Shown here: in pieces, positions 25,640 through 35,289 of the stretch
Position numbering within the stretch: the first letter of the stretch is position 1
Layout: every line of letters begins with the position of its first letter
DNA from: Lytechinus pictus
Taxonomy: Eukaryota
Direction of reading: 5' to 3'
DNA length: 64,000 bases
Assembly (NCBI RefSeq): GCF_037042905.1
Contig: NC_087251.1
Location: forward strand, 4,838,001-4,902,000
Notes under the pieces: model-generated
Told to the model about the DNA's origin: nothing
Seen by the model: the letters and a program-made list of their open reading frames with translations, nothing else
The model's database searches: none
Program-made: the position numbers and the translations under genes

Positions 25640-27185
25640 ATAAAACCTCACCGTACACTTGCCTCATCTCATCTTAAGGTGTCCTCTACATATATTTTAT
25701 CATTATACATTTTTTTTTTTATAAAACCTCACCGTACACTTTCCTCATCTCATCTTACATTTTTCTCCACATATATTTATATTATCTCCTCTTTTGAAAA
25801 AAAACATCACCGTATACTTTCCTCACCTCATCTTACATTGTCCTCTATATATGGTTGTATTACCTTCTCTTTAAAAAAAACCTCATTGCACACTTGCCTC
25901 GGCTCATCTTACAGTAACATTGTCCTGTACCAGTGGCATACCTAGGATTTCCCCCGGGGGGGGGGGGGGGGCAAAACCGTCCGCCAAAAAATTTGACAAG
26001 CAAAAAAAAAAGTTATCAATCACAAATAAAGGATTTCGTACAAGAAAAAAAAATTGGCAAGAAAAAAAAAGGTCTTCATGCTCGTCAGGGGGGCAATAGA
26101 GGTCTTCAAGCTCGTCAGGGGGGCAAAAAGGTCTTCCAAGCTCGTCAGGGGGGCAGGGATACATCTTTTGCATGGGTGGTGGCTCATCGGGGGGGGGGGG
26201 GCAGACTGCCCCCCCCCCCCCGTAGGTACGCTAGTGTCCTATACATATATTTGTATTATCTCCTCTTTCGAAAAAAAAAAAATCACGGTACACTTGCCTC
26301 ATCTCATCTTACGTTGTCCTCTACATATATTTATATTGTCTCCTCTTTTGAAAAAAACCTCAGTGCACACTTGCCTCATCTCATCTTACATTGTCCTCCA
26401 CATATATTTGTATTATCTCCTCTTTTGAAAAACCTCACTGTACACTTGTCTTTTCTCATCTTACATTGTCCTCCACATATATTTGTATTATCTCCACTTT
26501 TGAAAAAACCTCACTGCACACTTGCCTCATCTCATCTTACATTGTCCTCCACATATATTTATATTATCTCCTCTTTTGGAAAAACCTCACTGCACACTTG
26601 CCTCATCTCATCTTACATTGTCCTCCACATATATTTATATTGTCTCCTCTTTTGAAAAAACCTCAGTGCACACTTGCCTCATCTCATCTTACATTGTCCT
26701 CCACATATATTTGTATTATCTCCTCTTTTGGAAATACCTTACTGCACACTTGCCTCATCTCATCTTACATTGTCCTCCACATATATTTGTATTATCTCCT
26801 CTTTTGAAAAACCTCACTGTACACTTGCCTCTTCTCATCTTACATTGTCCTCCACATATATTTGTATTATCTCCTCTTTTGAAAAAACCTCACTGCACAC
26901 TTGCCTCATCTCATCTTACATTGTCCTCCACATATATTTATATTATCTCCTCTTTCGAAAAAACCTCACTGCACACTTGCCTCATCTCATCTTACATTGT
27001 CCTCCACATATATTTGTATTATCTCCTTTTTTTGAAAAACCTCACTGTACACTTGCCTCAGCTCATCTTACATTGTCCTCCATAATATATTTGTATTATG
27101 ATCTCCTCTTCTGAAAAAACCCTCACTGCACACTTGCCTCACCTCATCTTCCATTGTCCTCCATATATTTATATTATTTCCTCTT
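25640..27185 (+). repeat. tandem array (~76-bp units), right arm of the foldback element
   Basis: Repeated CCTCACTGCACACTTGCCTCATCTCATCTTACATTGTCCTCCACATATATTTGTATTATCTCCTCTTTTGAAAAAA; consecutive unit starts at 26509 and 26585. Confidence 0.92.
25931..26236. mobile_element. hAT MITE (CAGTGGCGTACC family) in the right foldback arm
   Basis: CAGTGGCATACCTAGG ... CGTAGGTACGCTAGTG. TSD TCCTGTAC / TCCTATAC. Confidence 0.85.
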
Positions 27186-27528
27186 ATGTAAAAACTTCAT
27201 CAAACACTTATATTTTCTACACTATAAACTCCTACGTTGTTTTATACACACACGCACCATTTGAAAACTCTCTTTGGTTGTTTACACTCGGTATTGTACA
27301 CACACACACATGCACACGACCACGATCTAATGAATATTCATCGGCGAACCGTCGGATGGATAGTGACGTAGGAGCTGGACATTTTATCGCCCCTCGCTGT
27401 ACTTTGTCATCAAAAGTGCTTACCGAATGGGTAGCCTCGCAGCATGTCCGCTTACGTGTGCAATCCCGGTGGCCGTGGTTGCTAAATAAATCTCAAAGTA
27501 AACTAAGGTCGAGTTCTGTTGATCAAGA

Positions 27529-27540
27529 ATGGCAGAAAAG
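27529..27540 (+). CDS. RRP36: RRP36 putative first coding exon (MAEK)
   Basis: AGA-ATG-GCA GAA AAG|GTATTT in a CpG-rich patch. Phase 0 matches the exon at 39308. I saw no better ATG exon in between, but 12 nt is weak evidence. Confidence 0.4.
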
Positions 27541-27757
27541 GTATTTGAATGATGTGTAGCCTACTAACGTTAACTGTGATAATACATATGTTTTGTCAAA
27601 TTACTAGAATGTTCATAAGCTTCCTAGGACCTATATAAACAACAATCGACACAACTCAGTCTCAGCGCGAGCCGAGCGGCTAGCGGAGGACGCCAGCCGG
27701 TGCTGCCCTGTCCTGGTCAACGTGCGGTACCGTACCGGTGCTCGACCCGGGGCCGGG

Positions 27758-27852
27758 TAGCCAGGCGGCTTCTAGAGAGTAAAAATCATTTACTAACGTA
27801 AGGTCACCTTACGTTAGTAAATGATTTTTACTCTCTAGAAGCCGCCTGGCTA
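27758..27852. mobile_element. 95-bp perfect palindromic mini-element (TAG...CTA)
   Basis: 47-bp perfect arms around one central C. 8-bp TSD GGGCCGGG at 27750-27757 and 27853-27860. Confidence 0.9.
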
Positions 27853-28201
27853 GGGCCGGGTAGACAGCTAGCTTCTTGTCGAGGCCCTGGGCCTGGCGGC
27901 TGCTTTCCCAAGACCCAAGCGAAGCGAATTAGGCCTGGCGCAAGCCAGGGCCTCTTGACATCTGAGCTGAAAAAAAGTGAAATATATATTCATGAGGAAC
28001 GTCTTCCTAATGAATATACATGAGTCATGATAAATTACCGGTCACCTAGTTAACCAAATGTCAATGAAAAAAAGTCAAAGCTGTTTCGTCCGGGGTTCGG
28101 AATAATATTCTGCAGGGGATTCATTTAATTGTGGGACACTATAATAAAGGGGATATAACCAGCAAAAAAGCCAAAATGCTACAAGTAGTGGTACTAGTAC
28201 T

Positions 28202-29053
28202 TAGTCTTGAGGACGCAATGATGATGACTTAAAATCCTGTCATACTTCTTCATTATTGACGTCTTGAACAGCCTCAAGGCTCAGGCGCAGGCCTTCATAA
28301 TGAAGTTCATAAATCAGAATCATAGTCTATAGACATGTAAGAGAACGAAGTAAACAAAGATGGATTTCCCTAGGAAATCCATCTTTTCATAACAGAATCG
28401 CGTGAAACACGTTTATTTTATTAATTTCTACGCCTAATGTGTAGGATTTTTTTTTAGGAAGGTTTTAAAAAATGTTAGATAAAAATGTAAAAAACTAAAG
28501 GTTTCTTACGTTACCTAACTGATGCAGCGTAGACCCCTCGATCCACATGTAAACGGAAATACAATAGCGTCGACTAAAATTTATTACGTAATTATAAATA
28601 ATTGGTATAATACTAAAAATTATTTATAATTACGTTATAAATTTTAGTATTTGTAAAATAATAATTTTTATCTATAAATTGTTCTTCAAAACGGCATTGC
28701 TAGCCGGAAGTACGTCATACATAAGCGGTTCAAGGGTCGACGCTATTGTATTTCCATTGTTTACATGTGGATCGAGGGGTCCACGCGGCATCAGTTAGGT
28801 AAGAAACCTTTATTTTTTTACATTTTTATCTAACATTTTTTTTTAAACCTTCCTACGCATTAGGTGTAGGAAGGTGTAGAAATTAATAAACGTATTTCAC
28901 GCGATTCTGTTATGAAATGATGGATTTCCTAGGGAAATCCATCTTTGTTTACTTCGTTCTCTTACATGTCTATGAAGGCCTGTTCAAGACGTCAATGATG
29001 AAGAAGTATATGACAGGATTTTAAAAGTCATCATCATTGCGTCCTCAAGACTA
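28202..29053. mobile_element. TAG...CTA foldback MITE with ~370-bp TIRs, nested in the Academ element
   Basis: TAGTCTTGAGGACGCAATGATGATGAC ... GTCATCATCATTGCGTCCTCAAGACTA. ACTAGTACT on both flanks (right copy offset by 3 nt). Confidence 0.8.
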
Positions 29054-29149
29054 ACTACTAGTACTGGCCGTAACAGACCCATCACCGCCCCGAAACTGGT
29101 CAGCCGCTGGTCAGACTCGAGTCATGGGGAAGCAACTCCGCTCCAGCAT

Positions 29150-29365
29150 TCCCTCACTGCCCAGCGGAGATCGATAATCGACGCATAGTGGAATCGCATG
29201 AAATATTAAATTTTTTCCATATCCTGTTGGTAGATTTACTAAAACATCTCGTCCTTTCAGTGCAGATTTAATTTCATTTACTTGCAAATCCTTAAATCGG
29301 TCAATATTCAGCATTTAAGAGGCATATTCAATGCTCTTTGATATTTCGTCGTCACTCTTCGCCAA
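29150..29365 (-). pseudogene. RecQ-family (SF2) helicase N-terminal remnant of the Academ element
   Basis: LNIDRFKDLQ..IKSALKGRDVLVNLPTGYGKNLIFHAIP matches RecQ motif 0 and Walker A (GxGKS changed to N). An in-frame TAA lies just upstream and the rest of the gene is missing. Confidence 0.85.
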
Positions 29366-30078
29366 GAATCCATGGGTCACCATTCAAGATGAGCTCATGA
29401 ATATTCAATATGATGTCATAGCAGCCCGCGCTCTCATTGGATGATTTTCACTGACCAGTTTTGGTCGGAATATTGGTAAAACAATAAAAAACAAAAGAAA
29501 GTCTGGAAATTCGGCTCAGATGTCAAGAGGCCCTGTCTCGCAGCGCTCTGCTTCGCTAGATCGCCATGTTCGCTCGGAAAGCAGCCGACAGGGCCTCGAC
29601 AAGAAGCTAGTAGACAGCTGGCAGCCGTCTGTTTTTTAACATTTTGATTTTTTTATTTCTCTCGTACACAGACGGCTCGCTATCGTGCAGCCTCCATTAG
29701 AGAGTTAACGATGCAAAATCCCCCTGACGGGGCTCATTGATTTTTGTCTTTATTTCATAAAAATATAAAAAAGAACTGTACCAAAATAAAGATTATTATT
29801 CCGTTTTGGCCTGAAATGCACCAAAACGGGAAAAAGTAAACTTAAAAGGGGGAAAAAACAGTGACTTACTTCGGCTGTCGGGCAACTTCACTTCCCTGTT
29901 TTATCCGAACTTAATACATAAACATATGGCCATTGAGTCCCTGTACAGATCGAGCTAGAACTTTGGTCTCTGTATTTGGTGAATGGAGCCAACGGAGTTC
30001 AGCAGAACAGCCAACATAACAAAGACCAAAGCTTTTGGTCTAGGCCCGGGTAGCCAGGAGGCTTCTATTTTTAATACT

Positions 30079-31437
30079 TAGACCAAAAGCTTCGGTCTCT
30101 CTGATATTGGTTGTTTCGCTGAACTCCGTTGGCTCCACTCACCAATTACACTACAGAGACCGAATTCTAAGTTCTAACTCAATCTGTACAGGGACTCAAT
30201 GGCCATATGTTGAAGTTCGGATAAACCAGGCCAGGGAAGTGGAATTTGCGCAACAGCTGAAGTAAGTCACTGTTTTTTACTTTTAAGTTTGGCATTATCC
30301 ACTCACACACTGCGAGGTTAGTATACTTTGCCGACTTCGCTTAACGCTTTGCATCGATTTACGTGTAAGATAGTTATTGTGCCTAGTCTATAAATCGAGC
30401 ACCCTCTTTAGCTCAGACGAAAAATTTGGGAAGTTGCAAGCTCGCTCCGTATTTTGTCAACGAGAAGAAAAATCAACGCTTAAATGACGCTATTTGAGGG
30501 ATATTCATCACATAAGGAGGAATTGACTTCACATCGTTCTGTAAGTTTCATAGGAGGACTTGATCCTGTAAATCCTCTTATTAAATTTGCTGGATTTTGT
30601 TCCAATTTTGCCTGCGCTGTGCCTTCAATTTTCCTGTACACGGCAGCAATAATGCCCACCCATGGGTGGGCATTATCCTTGGTGCAATACAGGCCAAAAC
30701 AGAATAATCTTTATTTTGTTCCAGTTCTCTTTATATATTTTTATGAAATAAAGACAAAAATCGATGAGCACCGTCCGGGGGATTTTGCATTGTTAACCTT
30801 CTAATGGTGGCTGCACGATCGCTAACCCAGGGAGCTGTCAAAATTCTGACATCGAGGCACAAACTGGACCCTCACAAAAAGGAAAAGTTAGACGTGTATG
30901 TCGCGTTTGTTTTGGTATCGATCGGCCATTTTGTTTTCAATTTTGACAGAAGGAGAATTAACAAGACAGAAATTTTCCATTTTTTGAGGGTCCAGTTTGT
31001 GCCTCGATGTCAGGATTCTGTGTCTCAATCAGGGTAGGAATTAATTATTTTTTTTAGGGGCTACTTTTTTTTACATTGGGGCTACCACTGAATATCTTGG
31101 GGCTATTTTCTAATTCATGGGGCTACTTTTTTTATCGCATATCAGCAATTACCTATTGACATTCCGAGACTCAATGTGATGCCTAAAAGCTCAGAACATT
31201 TTTAACTGTAATTACTGTAGGCTACAGGCCTTACAATAAACAACAGTGATCCCACCAGAGCAGTGGCGTACCTAGGATTTTTCACAGGGGGGGCAAATTC
31301 GTCCGCCCAAAAATGTGACAAGCAACAACAAAAAAAGTCTTCAACCACAAATATAGGATTTCGTACCAATGAGCAAAAAAAAAAAAAGTGCATGGGTTGT
31401 GACTCGTCAGGGGGGGCAGCCGGCTGCCAGCTGTCTA
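30079..31437. mobile_element. element 'B', an inverted sister copy of element A with secondary insertions
   Basis: TAGACCAAAAGC ... CGGCTGCCAGCTGTCTA. 30079-30290 and 30680-30822 are reverse complements of about 29840-30042 and 29680-29822. Confidence 0.65.
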
Positions 31438-31939
31438 CTAATTACCTAACGTTAGACGAACGTTAGAGATTAAAGTCATTCACTAACGTGCTTAAAGGGA
31501 TGGTTTAGGCTGCAGATATGTATATCTCTATAAATAGAGCAAAATTCACAAAGCAAAATGCTGAAAAACATTGGCGTGATTCAATGACATGTATGGTGTT
31601 GAAATCTGGACTGGTGTTGGAGTTGTTACAACACCGTACTTGAAATCACACCCACTCACCCCAGCATTCTAGCAATCATTATCCCATCCTTTTGACATGT
31701 ACCACTGTAACAACTAAAGCTCTATTAGACTTCATCAGGTTGTTGAGTGACAAGTTTGTTGTGCCAAATCAAAAGTGAAATATTAAGAAAGACAAACTGC
31801 AATTACTGTTTACAACTAAATGGTGTGACTCTCCATATTTGAATCTTAGAAATTCAAACGTAAGTAGCCTGTATACCATACATTCTGTATTAATTTGCTC
31901 TATAACTAATTAATGATTGTGGCAACGTAATGTATAACA

Positions 31940-32035
31940 TAATAATAATAATAATAGACAGTTCTTGTATAGCGCATAACACATTATGAATAACGTCTCT
32001 ATGCGCTTCCAAAGGACTTGGATATTATTACCCTA
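31940..32035 (-). mobile_element. SINE/LINE 3' tail fragment
   Basis: (ATA)n followed by CTTGTATAGCGC...GCGCTT, the reverse complement of an L2-type GCGCTATACAAG(TAT)n tail. Confidence 0.45.
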
Positions 32036-32199
32036 TTATTACATATTCAAGGAGACAGGATGATGGAAGTGATGCAGACAGACACATCATATTATAGTCA
32101 CGTATTGTATTACCGGACACTATCATGATTCCGGACGCGCATATTACTGCGTACGAAAACAATTTTGTACCGTCAGACTTCCGCAGTTCAATTTCACAG

Positions 32200-34408
32200 A
32201 GCAAGGATAAAGGTGTAGAGCAAGGATAAAGGATAAAGGTGTAGAGGATGCCTGGAAGTTTTTTGTAGACACCTTGACTGAAAAAATTGAGAAATTCATA
32301 CCCATGTCAAAACCAAAGCACTGCAGGAAAAAACAGAGATGGATGACAAGAGAGGCCCTTAGGAAGCAGAGCCAAAAGCACCGGGCATGGAAGGAAGCAC
32401 GGAGAACAAATCATCCGGTAGACATCATGAGAGCAAAAAGATTGGCTAAAGAACTGCGAACTGTCACCAAACAGTTATGTAGAAATTATGAGAAGGAGTT
32501 GGCTCAAAATGTGAAGTCCAATCCAAAGGCTTTCTGGCGGTATGCTCATAGCAAACTGAAAACGTCCTGTAGATTAGGAGAAATTCGAGAACCGGAAGGA
32601 GACCCAATATCTTCAGACAAGGGAAAAGCAAATGCATTAAATGCATTCTTTGCCACTACATTCACTGATGAGGATATGAATTGGATTCCAAGACTCAAAC
32701 CAAAGTACACAGGAGAATCATTGACATCCATATCCATTTCTGAAGATGATGTTTATAAGAAGCTTGTCAGCTTGTCAAAGTTTAAAAGTGCAGGTCCTGA
32801 TGGCATCCACCCATGTGTTCTGAAGTCAACAGCTGCATCTGTCTCTGAGCCCCTTGCCCTGATCTACAATGCATCACTGAAGGAAGGCAAACTACCAGGT
32901 GCCTGGAAGGTCAGTCACGTTGTGCCGGTCCACAAAAAAGGTAGTAAGGTGGATATAAGGAATTACAGACCAATCAGCCTGACTTCTGTTCCATGCAAAA
33001 TATTGGAATCACTCATTCGAGATGAGATAGTTGTTCATCTACTAAAAAATGACCTTCTATGTGATGAACAGCATGGATTCGTTCCTGGCCGCTCATGTGT
33101 GACACAGCTCCTAACAGTAATGGAGGAATGGACTAAAATGTTAGATGTAGGAGCTCCTATTGATGTGATCTATTTGGATTTTAAGAAAGCCTTTGACAGT
33201 GTTCCTCACCTTCGCCTACTCTCCAAACTTGATGCTTACGGTATAGGTGGTGAACTTAAGTCTTGGATAAAAGACTTTCTACAAGGAAGACACCAGAGAG
33301 TAAAAGTCAATGAGGAGTTATCTGACTGGACTAGGGTTAGAAGCGGCGTGCCCCAAGGTAGTGTTCTCGGCCCGACAATGTTTGTTATCTCCATAAATGA
33401 TCTGCCAGAATGCCTTCAAGGGAAAGTCAGGATGTATGCTGATGACACTAAGCTCTATGGTAAAGCCTCTACCAACGATGATCTCTGTGTAATACAGAAT
33501 GACCTCGATACCCTAACAGAATGGAGTAATACTTGGCAGTTGCACTTCAACTCAGAAAAGTGCAAAGTATTACATATCGGCCCAGGAAATGCTAAGCACA
33601 CATATTTTCTTGGATCCGATTTACTTGAGCACACTTCAGAAGAAAGAGATCTTGGCATACTGATTGACGATGAACTTAAATTTCATAACCATGTTGCAAG
33701 TACTGTGAAAAAGGCCAACGGCGTACTCTCATGTATACGACGTAGTTTTGAATGCAGAGATAAATTTACAATCCCAAGACTCTACAAAGGACTTGTCAGA
33801 CCGATCTTGGATTATGGCAACTCTATATGGTACCCCAGATTCAAGGGTGATGCTAAAGCCATAGAGAAAGTTCAAAAGAGAGCAACCAAAATGATCTATG
33901 CTATTAGGAATCACTCATACACAGAGAGACTGAAGGCACTCAACCTCCCATCTCTTCAGTACCGCAGACGTCGTGGAGACATGATCCAAGTGTACAAAAT
34001 TGTTCATGGATTTGAACGCATCCCAAGTGATGCCTTCTTTGAACTTTCAGCAGGCAATACAAGAGGTCACAGTCTGAAGCTTTCTAAACCCAGATGCTTG
34101 ACCAAACTGAGGCAAGATTCATTCAGCCAGCGGGTTATAAATGACTGGAACTCACTCCCTGAAGAAGTAGTTACAGCTCAGACTGTGAATAGCTTTAAGA
34201 TCAGACTGGACAAAGTGTGGGCAGACCAGCGGTTCTGCTCACCATATGAGTAGCAAACATCTTATAGAAGGTAGAGATCTGAGCCAAAACGACACTGAGC
34301 AGACACCACACCAATCATTGAGACGGATGAAAATGGCACAGAACTGGAAGCCTGACTGCTGGGATCCACAGCACTCTTCCAGAATCTCGGGTAAAGGTAA
34401 AGGGTAAA
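32200..34408 (+). mobile_element. 5'-truncated CR1-group LINE
   Basis: Uninterrupted ORF2 remnant, short 3' UTR and a GGTAAA-repeat tail at 34390-34408. Confidence 0.92.
32274..34253 (+). CDS. LINE ORF2 reverse transcriptase (endonuclease domain lost by truncation; no true start codon)
   Basis: KSAGPDGIHP, NYRPISLTS, QHGF, YLDFKKAFDSVPH, SGVPQGSVLGP, YADD, ERDLG, RRRGDMIQVYK, TRGHSLKL, FSQRVINDWNSLP are typical of the CR1 clade. Confidence 0.95.
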   Translation: MTEKIEKFIPMSKPKHCRKKQRWMTREALRKQSQKHRAWKEARRTNHPVDIMRAKRLAKELRTVTKQLCRNYEKELAQNVKSNPKAFWRYAHSKLKTSCRLGEIREPEGDPISSDKGKANALNAFFATTFTDEDMNWIPRLKPKYTGESLTSISISEDDVYKKLVSLSKFKSAGPDGIHPCVLKSTAASVSEPLALIYNASLKEGKLPGAWKVSHVVPVHKKGSKVDIRNYRPISLTSVPCKILESLIRDEIVVHLLKNDLLCDEQHGFVPGRSCVTQLLTVMEEWTKMLDVGAPIDVIYLDFKKAFDSVPHLRLLSKLDAYGIGGELKSWIKDFLQGRHQRVKVNEELSDWTRVRSGVPQGSVLGPTMFVISINDLPECLQGKVRMYADDTKLYGKASTNDDLCVIQNDLDTLTEWSNTWQLHFNSEKCKVLHIGPGNAKHTYFLGSDLLEHTSEERDLGILIDDELKFHNHVASTVKKANGVLSCIRRSFECRDKFTIPRLYKGLVRPILDYGNSIWYPRFKGDAKAIEKVQKRATKMIYAIRNHSYTERLKALNLPSLQYRRRRGDMIQVYKIVHGFERIPSDAFFELSAGNTRGHSLKLSKPRCLTKLRQDSFSQRVINDWNSLPEEVVTAQTVNSFKIRLDKVWADQRFCSPYE

Positions 34409-35289
34409 ATACATAGAAAAATTGCAAAAACAAGGCGAAAAAATCCAACTTTTACCTTATTTATCTCTAAAATGACAGAAAATGCTTAAAATATCATATA
34501 ACATAGTTTTGCATTAACAACTGATGTATTTTCTGACGGAAATATGGGCCTGATTTGCCGAATTTCAATTTCGTCCGCTCCTTTGATCGAATGTTGAGGT
34601 GTGGTGGGTGATCGTCGACGGCGCAGCTAGTTCTCAGGGTACCGTGTGCGAGGTTTATCGTTACATCAGAGCCGTCGACGATCAACAGCGCATCGATAGA
34701 ACTTGATGAGCGTCACGATACGAACGATCGAGCATAATATTGGAAAGTGCCATGGAACATGCAGTTAAAAAAAAATCAAATTGGTTAATAGCAAACACAA
34801 ATTTATTACCAACATCTGCTCAGATTGGATATAAAAAAAGCAAACAAAAACTTAGAATTCATAATATGATAAAGAGAAAAAATCACACCAATCCTTTCTG
34901 ACGTAATTATAATCAAGAATATCTTTACCCATCCGGCGTGCGTCCGGAATCATGATGTAATTTGTCACGCACGAAAATAATTGTTTTTCGTGGAGGCGTA
35001 TGCGGCAAGTGCATTGCAAAGAAAATGGTTGGTAAATATAAAATAATTTTATCATATATATTCATAATTTTCATAATATTTGGAATAGCAAGTGCGAAAT
35101 TTTCTTGATTGTTTTTCCTCTAGTTTTTATTTTTAAAGCACTGAAATAAAGGTATCCGGCAATAGGATACACTGCCATACCTTGTGAATAATAAAATGAG
35201 GTATGAGTAATTGGTTACCAGTATCTACTAGTTCTGGATGTATACGATGCGGGGCCCTCCTGGGCATAAACGCATCGGATACTTGAACT

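Larger units (their letters stand above)
19982..27424. mobile_element. foldback / Mutator-like element with long modular TIRs containing ~76-bp tandem arrays
   Basis: Outer ~320 bp (19982-20300 vs about 27105-27424) is a near-identical inverted repeat starting GGTAGGCACTTTTGATGAC. The inner arms are inverted arrays of a ~76-bp unit. Flanks GAATGGTTA / GAATGGGTA form a 9-bp TSD with one mismatch. Confidence 0.85.
27869..29609. mobile_element. internally deleted AcademH-type DNA transposon
   Basis: 21-bp perfect TIR TAGCTTCTTGTCGAGGCCCTG, extending imperfectly to about 100 bp. Perfect 9-bp TSD GTAGACAGC (27860-27868, 29610-29618). RecQ-type helicase remnant inside. Confidence 0.85.
27861..30042. 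mobile_element. TAGAC...GTCTA element 'A', interrupted 8 nt inside its left end by the AcademH-type element
   Basis: Left end TAGACAGCTGGCAGCCG (reconstructed), right end GCTTTTGGTCTA. Flanks GGGCCGGG / GGCCCGGG. An inverted sister copy lies at 30079-31437. Confidence 0.65.

Noticed and set aside
26280..27185. Regular repeat array superficially like CRISPR
   Set aside because: Units are contiguous with no unique spacers, there are no cas genes, and the context is eukaryotic.
22344..27559. Many 120-240-aa ORFs with repeated HLPHLILHCPP
   Set aside because: They are translations of the ~76-bp tandem array, open in several frames and mirrored on both arms. They are not a protein.
29111..29314. 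Host RecQ gene exon
   Set aside because: It has an upstream in-frame stop and a mutated Walker A, no further exons, and lies between transposon TIRs with a TSD.
32052..32100. Possible extra acidic RRP36 exon (GAGACAGGATGATGGAAGTGATGCAGAC)
   Set aside because: It has a weak acceptor context and no convincing donor, and it is not needed to keep the reading frame.
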